The notes beneath the pieces were generated by a model. The model made no database searches. It was not told the DNA's origin and saw only the letters and a list, made by a program, of their open reading frames with translations. 53,376 bases of DNA from Octopus vulgaris (taxonomy: Eukaryota): NCBI GenBank assembly GCA_951406725.2, contig CATOCA020000026.1, forward strand, positions 1 through 53,376. Reading direction: 5' to 3'. Made by a program: the position numbers and the translations under genes. Below are positions 12,934 to 27,235 of the stretch, piece after piece; within the stretch, counting starts at the first letter, position 1; the number at the start of each line of letters is the position of its first letter.

Positions 12934-12967
<34 letters not shown>

Positions 12968-12994
12968 GTGCGTGCAGACAAACAGACAGATATT

Positions 12995-13220
<226 letters not shown>

Positions 13221-13377
13221 CACTCCCGAAGAGAAATGTAATAAGATCGAAACACATCTGCTGCTTTAATTAGCCGGTTTTAAAGACCAAATTTATTCCA
13301 GTCTAAAATGTTTGAATTGTTTAAAAATGTTTCAGTCAACTGGCCCAACAGGATTTATCTCCCTTACTTGTTTTCAG

Positions 13378-13457
13378 ATTTTAAGTGCTCCTCGAAGGAT
13401 TCTTTATCTACTAATTATTTGAATAAACTTAAACAGATTTTCTGCTCTCAACGGAAC
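13378..13457 (+). other. Candidate 80-nt internal exon
   Basis: Acceptor TCCCTTACTTGTTTTCAG|, donor AAC|GTAAGT, one open frame FKCSSKDSLSTNYLNKLKQIFCSQRN, in apparently unique DNA. Confidence 0.3.
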
Positions 13458-13548
13458 GTAAGTGATACCCTGCGGCATTTGTATTGTACTACTGCCAATA
13501 AACACAACACTGTCCTATGCACTAAATACGATACGAAATATACATACC

Positions 13549-13596
<48 letters not shown>

Positions 13597-13599
<3 letters not shown>

Positions 13600-13779
13600 A
13601 GAGTTTACGAAGAAAACAAGAGACGAATACAGGTGGTGTACAAAACAAACACATGTATTAGTATAACGTTCAGGAATAGAAAAAGTCTTTTACGTTTCGA
13701 GCCAACGCTCTTCTGCAGAAAGGGACACAGAAAAAAAACAAGGAGAGAAAAAAATGTGTGTAGTGGCTAACTTCAGACA

Positions 13780-13782
<3 letters not shown>
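13597..13782 (-). mobile_element. Short Penelope-like element inserted in (TA)n
   Basis: (TA)n on both sides; contains the hammerhead-like motif at 13687-13722. Confidence 0.55.
13687..13722 (-). ncRNA. Minimal hammerhead-like motif
   Basis: CTTT-CTGCAGA-A-GAGC(GTTG)GCTC-GAAAC-GTA|AAAG: stems I and II pair perfectly, helix III is the ACGT palindrome, core A6 is C. Confidence 0.6.
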
Positions 13783-13863
<81 letters not shown>

Positions 13864-13988
13864 GTATATATACACATATATATGCATATACATATGTATG
13901 TATATATGTATGTATGTATGTATCTATGTATGAAAACAGTTTGCAATGGAGAGACAACCAATCTTGTATGTGTGTGTGTGTGTGTGTG

Positions 13989-14056
<68 letters not shown>

Positions 14057-14584
14057 GTGTGTCAAATCAAATACACAACCGAAAGAGCTACTAATAGTTT
14101 CATGCTATTATGATACTTGAACTGGCATATTCATAAAATACGCCACGTATCTTAAAGCAATCTTTCAGGCTCTGTTTATGCATTATATATAATTAAAAAA
14201 AAAAAACAACGGTGCTGGTCAGTAACTAAATAAGAATAAACGTGGGAAAAGCGTGGAGAAAGTTGGTGCAAAAAATGGAGCGAGAAAAAGAAACGAAATC
14301 AGGGATTACGGTCCTCGTCTGCCCTGATTGCAAAGAAGTTCATTAAGTACAACCGGTTTGAACTTGTGCATGTATCTACGATTGCTAAAAATTTCAGATC
14401 TCGAATTAAGTTGTGTCAGAATTGCTGGATCAAAGAAGAATATGGCTTGGATTTGTAATTCCTTCTATAGAACCCAAACTGACAGCAAGTGGAACACATC
14501 GTGGTCCTTCGACCTGTCAAAAGTTCTAGCCAAATTTCTTTTAAAATACAATCTACTGCCTTTAAAAAATAAAAAAGGAAACGA

Positions 14585-14718
14585 GGGGCTTTTAATTTCC
14601 GTCTACCAAATACTCTCACAAGGCTTTGGTCGGCACGAGGCTATAGTAGATGTTACACAGTGGGGTCGAACCCGTGGTTGAAAAGCAAGCTTATTACCAC
14701 ATGGTCACGCCGGTGCCT
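14585..14718 (-). mobile_element. SINE family B 5' fragment
   Basis: TTTCCGTCTACCAAAT..CAAGGCTTTGGTCGGC..GCTATAGTAGA. Confidence 0.8.
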
Positions 14719-14786
14719 GCCTCCACAGTCAAAGATTCTACTAGCCCACCGTCATGACAATAACGCTTTCTTATGTTTGACATAAC

Positions 14787-15005
14787 AATCCTTTCTTATT
14801 TGGGCACAAGGCCAGCAATTTTGAGGAGTAGAAGAGTCGATTACATCGACCCCAGTGCCCAAATGGTACTTTATTTCGTCGACGTTGAAAGGAGGAAATG
14901 CAAAGTAGACCCGGGCGGAAGTTGAACTCAGAAAATAAAGATGGACGAAATGCCGTTAAACATTTTGCCTAGCGCGCTAAAGATTCTACCAAGCTCACTG
15001 CCTTT
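14787..15005 (-). mobile_element. SINE family A copy
   Basis: Reverse complement of family A from tail to head. Confidence 0.85.
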
Positions 15006-15077
15006 CCACTGAGCGATAGTATACAACACGGCAATACTACACCGCGCTACACCACACCACCTACCGATACTATAAAC

Positions 15078-15324
15078 CAGGGATGGGCAACTTTTCGTCA
15101 ACTGGGGGCCGCATCGCACCATTTCCAAGTGGGAGAGGGCCGCACGATAAAAGTCATAGGCATGAAATATTACTCACCCACTTCACGCTGAATGTTTTGC
15201 AGTTCTTCTTAATTTCATTTGTCTTATTACGAAAGTTTATTTGTCATAGAATGAAATTAGTAATCTAGAAACTCGTTGAGGGCCGCACAGCAACATGTCG
15301 AGGGCCGCAGGTTGCGCATGCATG
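15078..15324. mobile_element. hAT (Charlie-like) MITE with 8-bp TSD
   Basis: TIR CAGGGATGGGCAAC / GTTGCGCATGCATG, subterminal GGGCCGCA repeats, flanks CTATAAAC / CTATAGAC (7/8). Confidence 0.8.
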
Positions 15325-15664
15325 CTATAGACCATACTACTTCTTCACACAGCAATACCACATCAAACTGCGCCACCCACCAATTCACAGGCCGACATTA
15401 TACCACATACATGAGTGATAAGACAGACTCACTGTGCATTGTATTGCATATCATGTATCACATACACACACGTACACACACACATATGCACGCACGAACG
15501 CACACACATGTACACATGCATGCTCACATACACACACATATACACACGCACAAGCTCAAATGCTTACACACGCACAAGCTCATGGACAAATACATCTTCA
15601 GACACATAAAAGCTTTGCATGTCACTGTATGCGTACGTATATAATACATTTCTCTCTCTCTATT

Positions 15665-15696
<32 letters not shown>

Positions 15697-16489
15697 CTCT
15701 CTCTCATCCTCTCTCCTTCCAACCTCTCTCTCTCTCTCTCACCTTGTTTCTCGCCGTCTCTCTTACCACACACTGCACGCCACCTACCGCATCATGTACC
15801 ACACACCACACGCCACCTACCGCACTACACATCACACACTACCCGCCGCCGCCCACCAGAACCTCACACTACACCGAGTACCACCGTACCACACAGCATA
15901 ACATACACCACTATGCATAGCACCTAAAACCACACACACACGCACGCACGCACATACGAGCACACAGGCGTCCACCTACACGCAATTACCCGCTCAAATA
16001 CCCACATACATACCTACATACAAAACGTATGCGTGAACATTAGAGCGTACGTCAGAGCTCACCCCCACATAAACAGCAAAGAACACACATACACACACAC
16101 ACACACACATACATACATACATACATACATACATACACACACACATACATACATAAACGCGCACACACTCCAATTACTATCAACACCGCCGCAATCACGT
16201 CACCAGTACCCCCACCATCACCACTTACGCCACCACCGCCACCACCACCACCGGCCATCCCTGCTGGCAGAGAAAGCAAAAGACTATTGTCTGTAACCAA
16301 TGTATCGTTAGTTCACCGACTTACCGAATTCCCCTCACAAAACCTCTACTCTTTCACTTGATAAATCCTGCTCTTATATTTACTCGAACCACACTAATAC
16401 AGAAATCACTGAAGCGTAACATCTGGCCATGCCTCAACAACTCAGATCGCTACTTATGTACATATCTAATTTTAATATTAAACACGTTA

Positions 16490-16944
16490 CATAGGTGGTT
16501 TAGCAGAACTGTTAGAGCACCAGAACAGAACAAAATACATAGTAGTATTTAGTTACGGGCTTCTGCGTCTTGAGTTCAAATCGTACTGAGTTCAAAATTT
16601 TTCTTTCATCCTTCCAAGGTGAGCGCTCGATTGAAGTCGGGAATTACTCAATCGACTTTACCCAACCTCCAAATTCGTGATGGTGTGTCAGTTAGAAATC
16701 ATTTACACACGTATACCTACATACACACACACCTTTTGTTTGTCTTAGTCATTGGATTGCGACCATGCTGGGACACCACCTTGACGATTGTGGTTGAACA
16801 AATCGATGCAGTACTTAATTTTTTTTCTGTTAATCAGTTGGTTACTTGTGTCGAACCACTAAATTACAGGAACGTAAGCAAATAAACACCGGTTGTCAGG
16901 CGGTGTCGGGTGATAAACACACAAACACGCATATATGTATGTGG

Positions 16945-16950
<6 letters not shown>
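16490..16950. mobile_element. Degenerate SINE A (+, about 16490-16700) followed by SINE B 3' half (-, about 16735-16950)
   Basis: GAGTTCAAAT..CTTTCATCCTTC; CATGCTGGGACACCACC..ACACCGGTTGTCAGGCGG. Confidence 0.7.
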
Positions 16951-17003
<53 letters not shown>

Positions 17004-17263
17004 CCGGTGTTGTTCAAACGATGAATAGCTTTGCGTGAACCATTGGTTCGTTTTGTTCTCTTTATTATCATCTTATAATTATCTCATAATAATGACTTTT
17101 ATGACTCTTATTACTACCTCAGTCAATCTAAATGTATATATTTGTCATTACCTGTCATAAATAACCTTTTTCTATTTGCAATTTGCATTTTCGTTGATTT
17201 TTCATATTTTACCCTTACATTTCCACGTGTATTTTATATTTTCTTTTTTTAACATATTTCTAT

Positions 17264-17353
<90 letters not shown>

Positions 17354-17459
17354 TATATATATAGGATCTGCTCGGATTTTTAAATAAATTTTTTCCATAT
17401 ATACATACATATATGTATATATAGGTATATATATATATAAGTGTGTGTGTGTATGTATA

Positions 17460-17519
<60 letters not shown>

Positions 17520-17774
17520 TACATATATATATGTATATATATATATACACACACATTTTTCTCTCCTTGTTTCTGTGTATGTGTATGTATGTATGTAAAT
17601 ATGTATGTATATCTGTTTGTATGCATGTGTGTGTGTGTGTATATGTATGTATGTATGTATGTGTGTATGCATGTATGTGTGTATGTATGTATGTAAGTAT
17701 GTATATATGTATGCATGTATAACTTCCTTTTATAAGAAAAGTAATCGATATATTTTGTTGATCGAGCGTTCTTT

Positions 17775-17977
17775 ACCCAAGGCCAGCAATGTCGGTGGCG
17801 TGAGTAGGTCGATTACATCGACCCCAGTGATCACGTGGTATTTATTTTATAGACCTCGAAAGGCCCTTTGGCGACAAAATCGACCTTGGCGGAATTTCAC
17901 CTCAGAAGACAAAGACGGACGAAACGCCGCTAAGCATTTCGTCCGGCGTGCTAACGATTTTGCCAGTTCACCGCCCT
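17775..17977 (-). mobile_element. SINE family A copy
   Basis: Reverse complement of family A. Confidence 0.85.
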
Positions 17978-19037
17978 CAACGCATTTAATAATGGTGTAC
18001 GCTAGTTTCCCAGCAAGAACGACAGCGATAGAAACTCGTACGACCATTACTAAAGGAAGGAGTTGGAAGCCACACACTTTCCTTTTGTTTTGGTAATTAA
18101 TTATGACAGCGTCATTCTGCTTGTCTGACATTTTTCTCGATTTTCATGTCTTTTTTACTCATTTTCATCGCCAAAAAATACAGAGTCAGCATCAACCGAA
18201 TTATTCATTCACTTTTAATCGGTGTGTCAATTTGTCATTATTGTATAAGATAGTGTGGACAACAGTTTTTATCAGTGTGGACAACAGTTTTCATCAAAAC
18301 TTTTGTCACCTTTTGACGCTTGATAATTTCCTTTATTTTATCGTTCACCCATATCCCCCCCCCACACACACACACACACAAAATGTCGTCTGTCCAAATG
18401 TTTTCTGTCAATAAAAATGTCTGATTTGGCTTTACCTGTGTAACTGACCAAGATGCAACTAAAAAAGGCATAATTTGCAATCTGATATTGAGTATTGGAA
18501 ATTTGAGAACATCAGAACAGAGAAAATCTCAAAAACTTAGCATTTGACTTTATGTATATGTCTACACTTTCCTAAAGTATAGCTTTAAACTACATCCGTT
18601 AGAGGGATCCTGGTTTGGGAATTCTAAAGCTTTTCAAAGTGTGGAATCACGTCTTAGCCGTTATTGTTCCCAGGTCTAATCAGGCCCGGTATAGTAGTAC
18701 CTACCAGTTATGGGCTAATTAACATATCACAGAATTGTCTCCAAAACAAGTTCTTTACCCAAGGCCAGCAATGTCGGTGGCGGGAGTAGGTCGATTACAT
18801 CGACCCCTTAATTTCGTTGTCTCTCTTTCTCTCCTTCTCTTTTTCTTTCTCTCCCTCTTTCCCTCTCTCACTCTCTCTCTCTCTGTCTCCGCCATAGCCC
18901 TCACCTTCTCTATGCTTACTGTTACTCTTTCCCCATCATGAGGAATAGTATGAGTATCATTGAATAGTGAGAGGGGGGTCTAAGTGTTACACACTGACAC
19001 ACAGAAATAAGTTTTCGCATTTGTTATATTAAATGTG

Positions 19038-19104
<67 letters not shown>

Positions 19105-19124
19105 ATGCATGTATACACACACAA

Positions 19125-20017
19125 GAGGCCTGGGCCTGGTCAGTAAATATCCGGACTGTTGCTATAGTAACGAAGGTAAATCACGCAGAATGAAGCCACT
19201 AGGCACAGATTGACCTTGAACTCTGCTGTGCATGCGCACTAAGTTTTAACGTTCTAGCTCGTTTCCGTTGTTTATAGCAGTGATTGGAGGGAAGGTGTGT
19301 AGCGTGTGATCGTCGCATTGACCATGACAGAGAAAGTTGTTATAGCGATACGTGCTCAGAGGCCTACGCATAGTTGCAGAAAGTGTATGGAGTGGAAAGT
19401 ATGAGCCACACTCAAGTGTACGAATGGTTCAGACGTTTCCAAGGTGGCCAAAAAAATGCCGATATTGATGAACATCCTGGGAGACCCGCAACCAGCAGAA
19501 CTGAGAGAAACATCGCAGATGTGCGTGTAGCAGTGAGGGGAAATCATCGAATCCGCGAATTATCAGAGGGTGTGCAGATTAGTTACGATTCAGTTCTGTC
19601 CATTATCATTGAAGATTTGGGTATAACACGCGTGTTTGCCAAATTTGTGCCAAAATTGCTTTCAGCTGACCAAAAAGACCCTCGGGTTTCAGTCGCACAA
19701 GATCTCCTTGATTGTGTTGGGAATGATGGAAACTTTTTGAAAACTTTGCGTAGACCTCTGAGCAGGTATCGCCAAACTTTTGACAAAATTTGACTCAGAT
19801 TCTCTGCTCAACTTTCTCTGTCACGGTCAACGCGACGATCATGCGCTACACACCTTCATTCCAAGCATTGCTGTAAACAGCGGAAGTGTGATACAACGGT
19901 AAAACTTAGTGCGCATGCACAACAGAGTTCAAAGTCAGTTTGTGCTTAGCGGCTTTACTCTGTGGGCTTTAGCTTCGTTACTATGGCAACAGTCCAAATA
20001 CTTATTGACCAGACCAC
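19125..20017 (+). mobile_element. Non-autonomous mariner derivative with long inverted arms and N-terminal transposase fragment
   Basis: ORF 19374-19793 has VYEWFRRF..HPGRP..FVPKLL (WVPHEL-type linker); the left arm is repeated in inverted orientation at about 19750-20017. Confidence 0.9.
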
Positions 20018-20120
20018 ACACACATATATATGCATATTTATATATATATATATATATATGCGCGTGTGTGTGTGTGTGTGTATACATACATATGTATATA
20101 TATGTATGTGCCTATGTATA

Positions 20121-20418
20121 TTGTTTGTTCTTGTCATGCTTGACTCATAAGGGTCGGTCTCCCGGTTTCCATGGCGTATAGGTTCCCCACCTGGACGGGA
20201 CGGCGATCCGTCGCAGGTGAGCTGCAAGATGCAGGTGGAAAGAGTAAGAGAAAGTTGTGGCGGAGGAGTCAGCAGAAGTCCGCCATTACCTTCTGCTGGA
20301 GCCGCGTAGAGCTTAGGTGTTTCGCTCATAAACACACACATCGCCCGGTTTGAGATTCGAACCCACGATCCCTCGACCGCAAGTCCGCTGCACCAACCAC
20401 TTGGCCATGTGCCTCCAC
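20121..20418 (-). mobile_element. tRNA-derived SINE family C
   Basis: Minus head GTGGAGGCACATGGCCAAGTGGTTGG..GGGTTCGAATCTC; a 5'-truncated copy is at 24606-24870. Confidence 0.88.
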
Positions 20419-20427
20419 GTGTATGTG

Positions 20428-20512
<85 letters not shown>

Positions 20513-20584
20513 TAGATAGATAGATAGATAGATAGATATATACATACATACATACATACATACATACAGAGAGAGAGAGAGAGA

Positions 20585-21000
20585 AGCAGGAGTGGCTGTG
20601 TGGTAAGTAGCTTGCTTACCAATCACATGTTTCCGTGTTCACTCCCACTACGTGGCACCTTGGGCAAGTGTCTTCTACTATAGCCTGGGAGCGACCAAAG
20701 ACTTGTGAGTGGATTTGGTAGACGGAAACTGAAAGAAGCCCGTCGTATGTGTGTGTGTGTGTGTGCGTGTGTGTTTGTGTGTGTGTGTGTGTGTGTGTAT
20801 GTGTGTTTCTCTCCCCCAAATCGCTTGACAGCCGATGCTAATGTGTTTACGTCCACGTAACCTAGCGGTTCCGCAAAAGACCGATAGAATAAGTACTAGG
20901 CTAGAATAAGTACAAAGAATAAGTCCTGGGGTCGATTCGTTTGATGGTGCTCCAGCACGGCCGCAGTCAAATGACTGAAACAAGAATAAAAAAATAAAAG
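20585..21000 (+). mobile_element. Full SINE family B with internal (TG)n
   Basis: GCAGGAGTGGCTGTGTGGTAAG head to GACTGAAACAAG tail. Confidence 0.9.
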
Positions 21001-21691
21001 AATATACATATATTATATTACATTATATTATATATTGTTATGTATTATATATTATATGTATGTGTGCATGCATGTATGCATGTGTGCATACATGTATGTA
21101 TGTACCTACGTACGCATGCATGTATGTATCGTGTAAATGCTTGCTGTCAGGGATCTCGGACAGTGACTGTCAACATAAAATATCAAAATATCATTCACTG
21201 GGTGTCATATGACCTGTGAAGTCTTGTTGCAAATATCGAAACACTTATGAATCTCATTACATAGGCCTTGTTCTCCAAAAGTTGTGTTATCACCACCCAG
21301 CAGGATAGCCACTTACAAATAATTGTCAAACTTTCCCTTTTTGAACTATGCGACTTCACAGTTAGACTCAGTAAGACAGAAGCCGTTCTTGTTTTGTTTT
21401 TGGGTTGTTTTTTTTTATCGAAATGCTCCGCCACAACCATGTAGCACTGTAGATGATACAAGATAGCAGTGATGGCAAAAATGTTGACAATTTTACTTAC
21501 AATGCTAAAAGCAGCATCCCGTGCGATAGTTCAGTTGATAAGACTTCGGCTACAAACAGAGTAATAACTAGATACTTGAAGCATCACCTAGTAAAGATTT
21601 GCAGTACAAGAAAAATACGTCTCTGCATCAGACTAAACGAAGAGCTTCGCAAGAATTTAAAATGCTTTTTCGTTTATACATACATACATAC

Positions 21692-21767
<76 letters not shown>

Positions 21768-21771
<4 letters not shown>

Positions 21772-21989
21772 GAGAAATAACCTCTATTAAGTAATTCAAT
21801 AGTGAAAGATATTACAAAAAAATTTAAATATACTATAATAGATATTTTTTTAAATCACTAAATTAAATAAGCATTAAATTGACTACGCGCGTTTCGTGAC
21901 TATATCTTTAAATCGATAATAATAAAATCGATACTATTAGAATTAATTCGATATAAATTTGATTTAATTCGATTTAATAATTATATTAC

Positions 21990-21990
<1 letters not shown>
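21768..21990 (-). mobile_element. AT-rich Penelope-like fragment in (TA)n with a half hammerhead
   Basis: Minus GAAAC-GCGC-GTA at about 21884-21895 (palindromic ACGCGCGT); the CUGANGA half was not found. Confidence 0.4.
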
Positions 21991-22066
<76 letters not shown>

Positions 22067-22538
22067 TACAAGAGTATCACTGCCAAGCAGCGTTTAAGCA
22101 TGGGTAAATTTTGGGTTAGTTAAAATATGTTTGTGACTTATTTCAACTTCTAAAGACAAATTCATTGCAGTTACCATGGAGAAAAAATTCTCCCTTATGG
22201 TAAAAGGGTGTGAAAGCACCATATTTGTCCAGTGTTGTCCCCTGTCAGATTACCAAAGGAGTTTCTAGCTCTTTAGCTGTTATCAGTGGGAAATTTCGAA
22301 GAGAGGTAACTCTAGACCAGTGTTTCCCAACGTGGGTCGTGGGAAAATTAGGGTCGGGCATGCGTTAGTGTGGGCTGTGAGCATTTTTGCAAGTAACTTG
22401 AATGCACACGTGTCAACCCTAAGCCTATATTTGGACATTGAAATGAAAAAAAAAACATCGCCGTTAATCTTTTTTACTTATTTATTATTATTTTTTCTTT
22501 TTGTCAATCTCCTCACTCCATCTCTTTTCGATCAACAG

Positions 22539-23180
22539 TTTATCTATAATAGATCTACATGTGGAAGCACTCCGTCGGTTACGACGATGAGGGTTCCGGC
22601 TGATCCGATCAACGGAACAGCCTGCTCGTGAAATTAACGTGTAAGTAGCTGAGCACTCCACAGACACGTGTACCCTTAACGTAGTTCTCGGGGATATTCA
22701 GCGTGACACAGAGAGTGACAAGGCCGGCCCTTTGAAATACAGGTACAACATAAACAGGAAGAAGGAGTGAGAGAAAGTTGTGGTGAAAGAGTACAGCAGG
22801 GATCACCACCATCCCTGCCGGAGCCTCGTGGAGCTTTAGGTGTTTTCGCTCAATAAACACTCACAACGCCCGGTCTGGGAATCGAAACCGCGATCCTACG
22901 ACCGCGAGTCCGCTGCCCTAACCACTGGGCCATTGCGCCTCCACTCATCTACATGTAAATATCAACTAGCTGTTTCAACATCCTATCGCAATGCAGCAGA
23001 TGTACTGGAAGGAAACCAAACTGCTTGAACTAGAAATGAACGTAAATTTTTTCTCTATGATTTGGCTGATAACTGAGGTCTGAAGGTTGGGTCTTAATTT
23101 GAAGTGTTTGTTCTGGATGAGACATAACTTCTTTCAGCATTAAGGAGAGTGTGAGATAGCAGCATTTAAGGAAAATGACG
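22539..23180. repeat. Unclassified old interspersed repeat hosting the SINE above
   Basis: Homologous uninterrupted copy at about 40139-40382 (TGGAAGGAAACCAAACTGCTTGAACTA..GTTGGGTCTTAA). Confidence 0.75.
22563..22946 (-). mobile_element. Young full-length tRNA-derived SINE with 10-bp TSD
   Basis: Head GTGGAGGCGCAATGGCCCAGTGGTTAGG..GGTTTCGATTCCC; TSD ATCTACATGT at 22553-22562 and 22947-22956. Confidence 0.92.
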
Positions 23181-23821
23181 CACTCACTAGTCATGTGCAC
23201 GTCCCCTCCGATATATGGGAAACAGTGAATATTACATTCACTGACATAGCGGAGAGCCGCCAAGCTGAATAAAATCACAGACTAGGCATTTGAAACAATA
23301 TTAAATTGAAATAGCCATCTGTGTATCACACTTAACGTATATACATCGTTGACAAGCACGATGCTGGTAGTGTTGTCCTCAATACGTGTGAATGTAATAG
23401 TTACTGTTTTTTATATATATATAAGAGGAATATAAAGGGACAGATTTTTTTCTAGATATATGACTAGTAAGGAAATCTTATTGGTAAGGCCTCAAGTAAA
23501 CTGAAACGCGTCTGACGTTCATATATATATGTGTGTATGTGTGTGTGTGCGTATAATATTAGGGAATATTATTCCAAACTTACATATTATACATACATAT
23601 ATATATACACATATATGTATGTATGTATGTGTGTATATACATCCGGTGTTCTTAACACAGTATGTCTTTGAAGAGATTTCCTTTCGGCCAAAAACTACAG
23701 CATCATACCTGTTTACACACACACACACACATATATATATGTATATGTATGTATATATATATATATATATATTTATATGTATATATGTATATGTATGTAT
23801 ATATATATGTATATGTATATG

Positions 23822-23908
<87 letters not shown>

Positions 23909-24605
23909 GTGGGGGAGGGTTGGGTTTGTAAAACGTGAGAAAGAATACTAATGTATTTATAGTTTAGGTTTTCTCACAACAAACTGAGCTGCTCTTAGCC
24001 TATATTTAAACTTAAAGAGGATTGTTATTGATTTGGAATCAGAACCATTGCTTCAAGAATGTCTGTATCATATCAAGCATGGTTTTAGCTTGAATATATC
24101 AGTAATTCTGTCATTTCCATCGTCACCGAAGAGAAAGCTGCAGAGTGTGACAACACTGGGTTCTAATCCTGAATGGGAAGACCCCCAAAAGGTTAATGAC
24201 TATTAAGTGATGAAGGTGCATTGTAGCGTGAATTATGTATTGGTCTCAGGAATAAAAGTTGGGTGATTCCATTCCTGGACAGGGTGGTATTTTGCAAGGT
24301 GCATTAATTCACGTTGTCCCGCTGCACTTAACTGAAAATGAGTAAGTAACAGCTTTATTCAGGTGCAGCCACCTTTCTCTCTCCAGCTGTCACATCCTTG
24401 ATGTTCTGCAGAGTCAAAGAGTTGAAGGGCTGAGAGAGCATCTGTCTTCTCACGACTACACAAGCACCTAAAACAATTAAAGAAAACACGGTACAAGTTA
24501 TAAGGTCTTACTTAAGAGTGAAGGCTATAGTGAGTAATGTTTGAAAATTACTAATTGTTCTTCTTAAATTTAAAACATACCAGTTTAGAACAAGTTAAAG
24601 ATATG

Positions 24606-24870
24606 TCGAGGGATCGCGGGTTCGAATCTCAGGCCCGGGTGATGTGCGTGTTTATGAGCGAAGCACCTAAGCTCCAGGCGGCTCCATCAGGGGACAATGG
24701 CGAACTTCTGCTGACTCTTTCACCACAACTTTCTCTCGCTTTTTCGTCCTGCATCTAGCAGCTCACCTGTGACGGACCGGCGTCCCGTCCCGGTGGGAAA
24801 CCTATACGCCAAGGAAACCGGGAAACCGGCCCTTAGGAGCTAGGCATGGCTCGAGAAAGAACAAACAACA
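24606..24870 (+). mobile_element. SINE family C, 5'-truncated
   Basis: Matches the reverse complement of 20121-20380. Confidence 0.85.
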
Positions 24871-24897
24871 TAATTTGCTCTCGAGTAAGTTGAAGTG

Positions 24898-25150
24898 TAT
24901 GAAGGCGCAAGTCCAAGCGGTTTGAGTGTTGCACTGACGATCGTGACATAATGGTTTCAATTCCTAGACAGGGTGGGGAGTTGTTCTTGAGCAAAACACT
25001 TCATCTCACATTTGCTCAGCTATTCTTTCGACACCTGTGGTACACCTTACACCTTTTCAGGCAACGTCGGTTTAATGGAGGGACTGAGCTAGTGCATGAC
25101 ACATACATGGGATCACTACAAACAATTCATTTTTGCAGGTAGTTCAGCAA
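24898..25150 (+). mobile_element. Degenerate CORE-like SINE
   Basis: GAAGGCGCA..GGTTTCAATTCC..TTCTTGAGCAAAACACTTCAT. Confidence 0.7.
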
Positions 25151-25338
25151 AAAATAGCTTAGAGGAAAAGAAGCTGAAGGGACCCAATCGTTCAGCATCT
25201 TCGAACAATCGACGGTCCCTTGATTTTCTTGATTTTTCTGCCAGCTCTGTTGTTCGTCACTTTACAACACTTTGCATATATATAGGCATCACTGTGCAAG
25301 CACAGGCATGGCTCAGCAGGTGCAGGTGTGACTGTGCA

Positions 25339-25746
25339 GGCGCAGGCGTGGCTGTATGGTTAGAAGCTTGCTAAGGCGGCGAGCTGGCAGAAACGTTAGC
25401 ACGACGGGCGAAATGTTTAGCGGTATTTTGTCTGCCGCTACGCTCTGAGTTCAAATTCCGCCGAGGTTGACTTTGCCTTTCATCCTTTCGGGGTCGATTA
25501 AATAAGTACCAGTTACGCACTGGGGTCGATATAATCGACTTAATCCGTTGTCTGTCCTTGCTTGTCCCCTCTGTGTGTAGCCCCTTGTGGGCAGTAAAGA
25601 AATAAGAAGCTTGCGTACCAGCCACATGGTTCCGGATTCAGCCCACTGCGTGGCACCTTGGGCTAGTGTCTTCTATTATAGCCTCGGGCCGACCAAAGCC
25701 TTGTGGAAATGAAAGAAGGCCGTCGTATACACACCCACACATGCAC

Positions 25747-25820
<74 letters not shown>

Positions 25821-26070
25821 GTATATATATGTTATATATATACCTATGCATGTATATATGTATGCGTGCCTTTGTGTCTGTTTTTGTGCCCCCACCACCG
25901 CTTGACAACCGGTGTTGGTGTGCTTACGCCCCCGTAGCTTAGCGGTCCGGCAAAAGACACCGATAGAATAAGTACTAGGCTCTACTCTTCTGGAATCGAT
26001 TCGTTCGACTAAAATTCTTCAAGGTGGTACCCCAGCATGGCCGCAGTCAAATGACTGAAACAAGTAAAAT
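25339..26070 (+). mobile_element. SINE family B interrupted by SINE A
   Basis: Head at 25339-25371, resumes at 25605, internal (TA)n, tail GACTGAAACAAGTAAAA. Confidence 0.9.
25372..25604 (+). mobile_element. Young SINE A variant with 10-bp TSD nested in SINE B
   Basis: TSD AGAAGCTTGC at 25362-25371 and 25605-25614. Confidence 0.92.
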
Positions 26071-26309
26071 ACGATTGATTTTATATATATATATATATAA
26101 TATTATTGGTGAATTGAAGAAATGGAGCTGAACGAAGATTGAACAGAAATCGTTTTATTTCATTAAAATTCAATTATCCGCACCAACGCACGGTTGCAAC
26201 ACCATATGGTTGTACCTCCAACCGTGCTGTCTTCTGCTGTGATTTTTGCTACCAAGGTATCGGTTAAACTTTTGATTAATCTGCTACAAGATTATTCATC
26301 TTTCTATTT

Positions 26310-27001
<692 letters not shown>

Positions 27002-27019
27002 CCAAGACGCATCATCATA

Positions 27020-27235
27020 CTAGGACACATAAGAACAGAAAAAGATCCTCTAATATTTAAACAGTTTCTGGACGAATGTCTCCAACAAATTCCGGATAAA
27101 CCACCTGCTCCCTGATATATCTCGGCAAACGATGACTCTCCACTCGAATAGGCTGTAGTGCCCGGAGAATGACTAATATGAAACATCTATAAATGTCTTT
27201 CCCAGATGGTGTTGTTGAGTTAGACATGGGCTGGG
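27020..27235 (+). mobile_element. CR1-clade LINE 3' end
   Basis: HIRTEKDPLIFKQFLDECLQQIPDKPPAP*YISANDDSPLE*A matches the FK..LD..L..IPD.P..PGY...NSL C-terminal pattern. Confidence 0.7.

Noticed and set aside
22870-22946. tRNA genes at SINE heads (also 4582, 5148, 20350)
   Set aside because: A and B boxes are present but continue into multi-copy SINE bodies without a proper acceptor stem or terminator
22318-23227. hAT element bounded by CAGTGTTTCCCA / TGGGAAACAGTG
   Set aside because: Short imperfect TIR match and no 8-bp TSD (CTCTAGAC versus AATATTAC)
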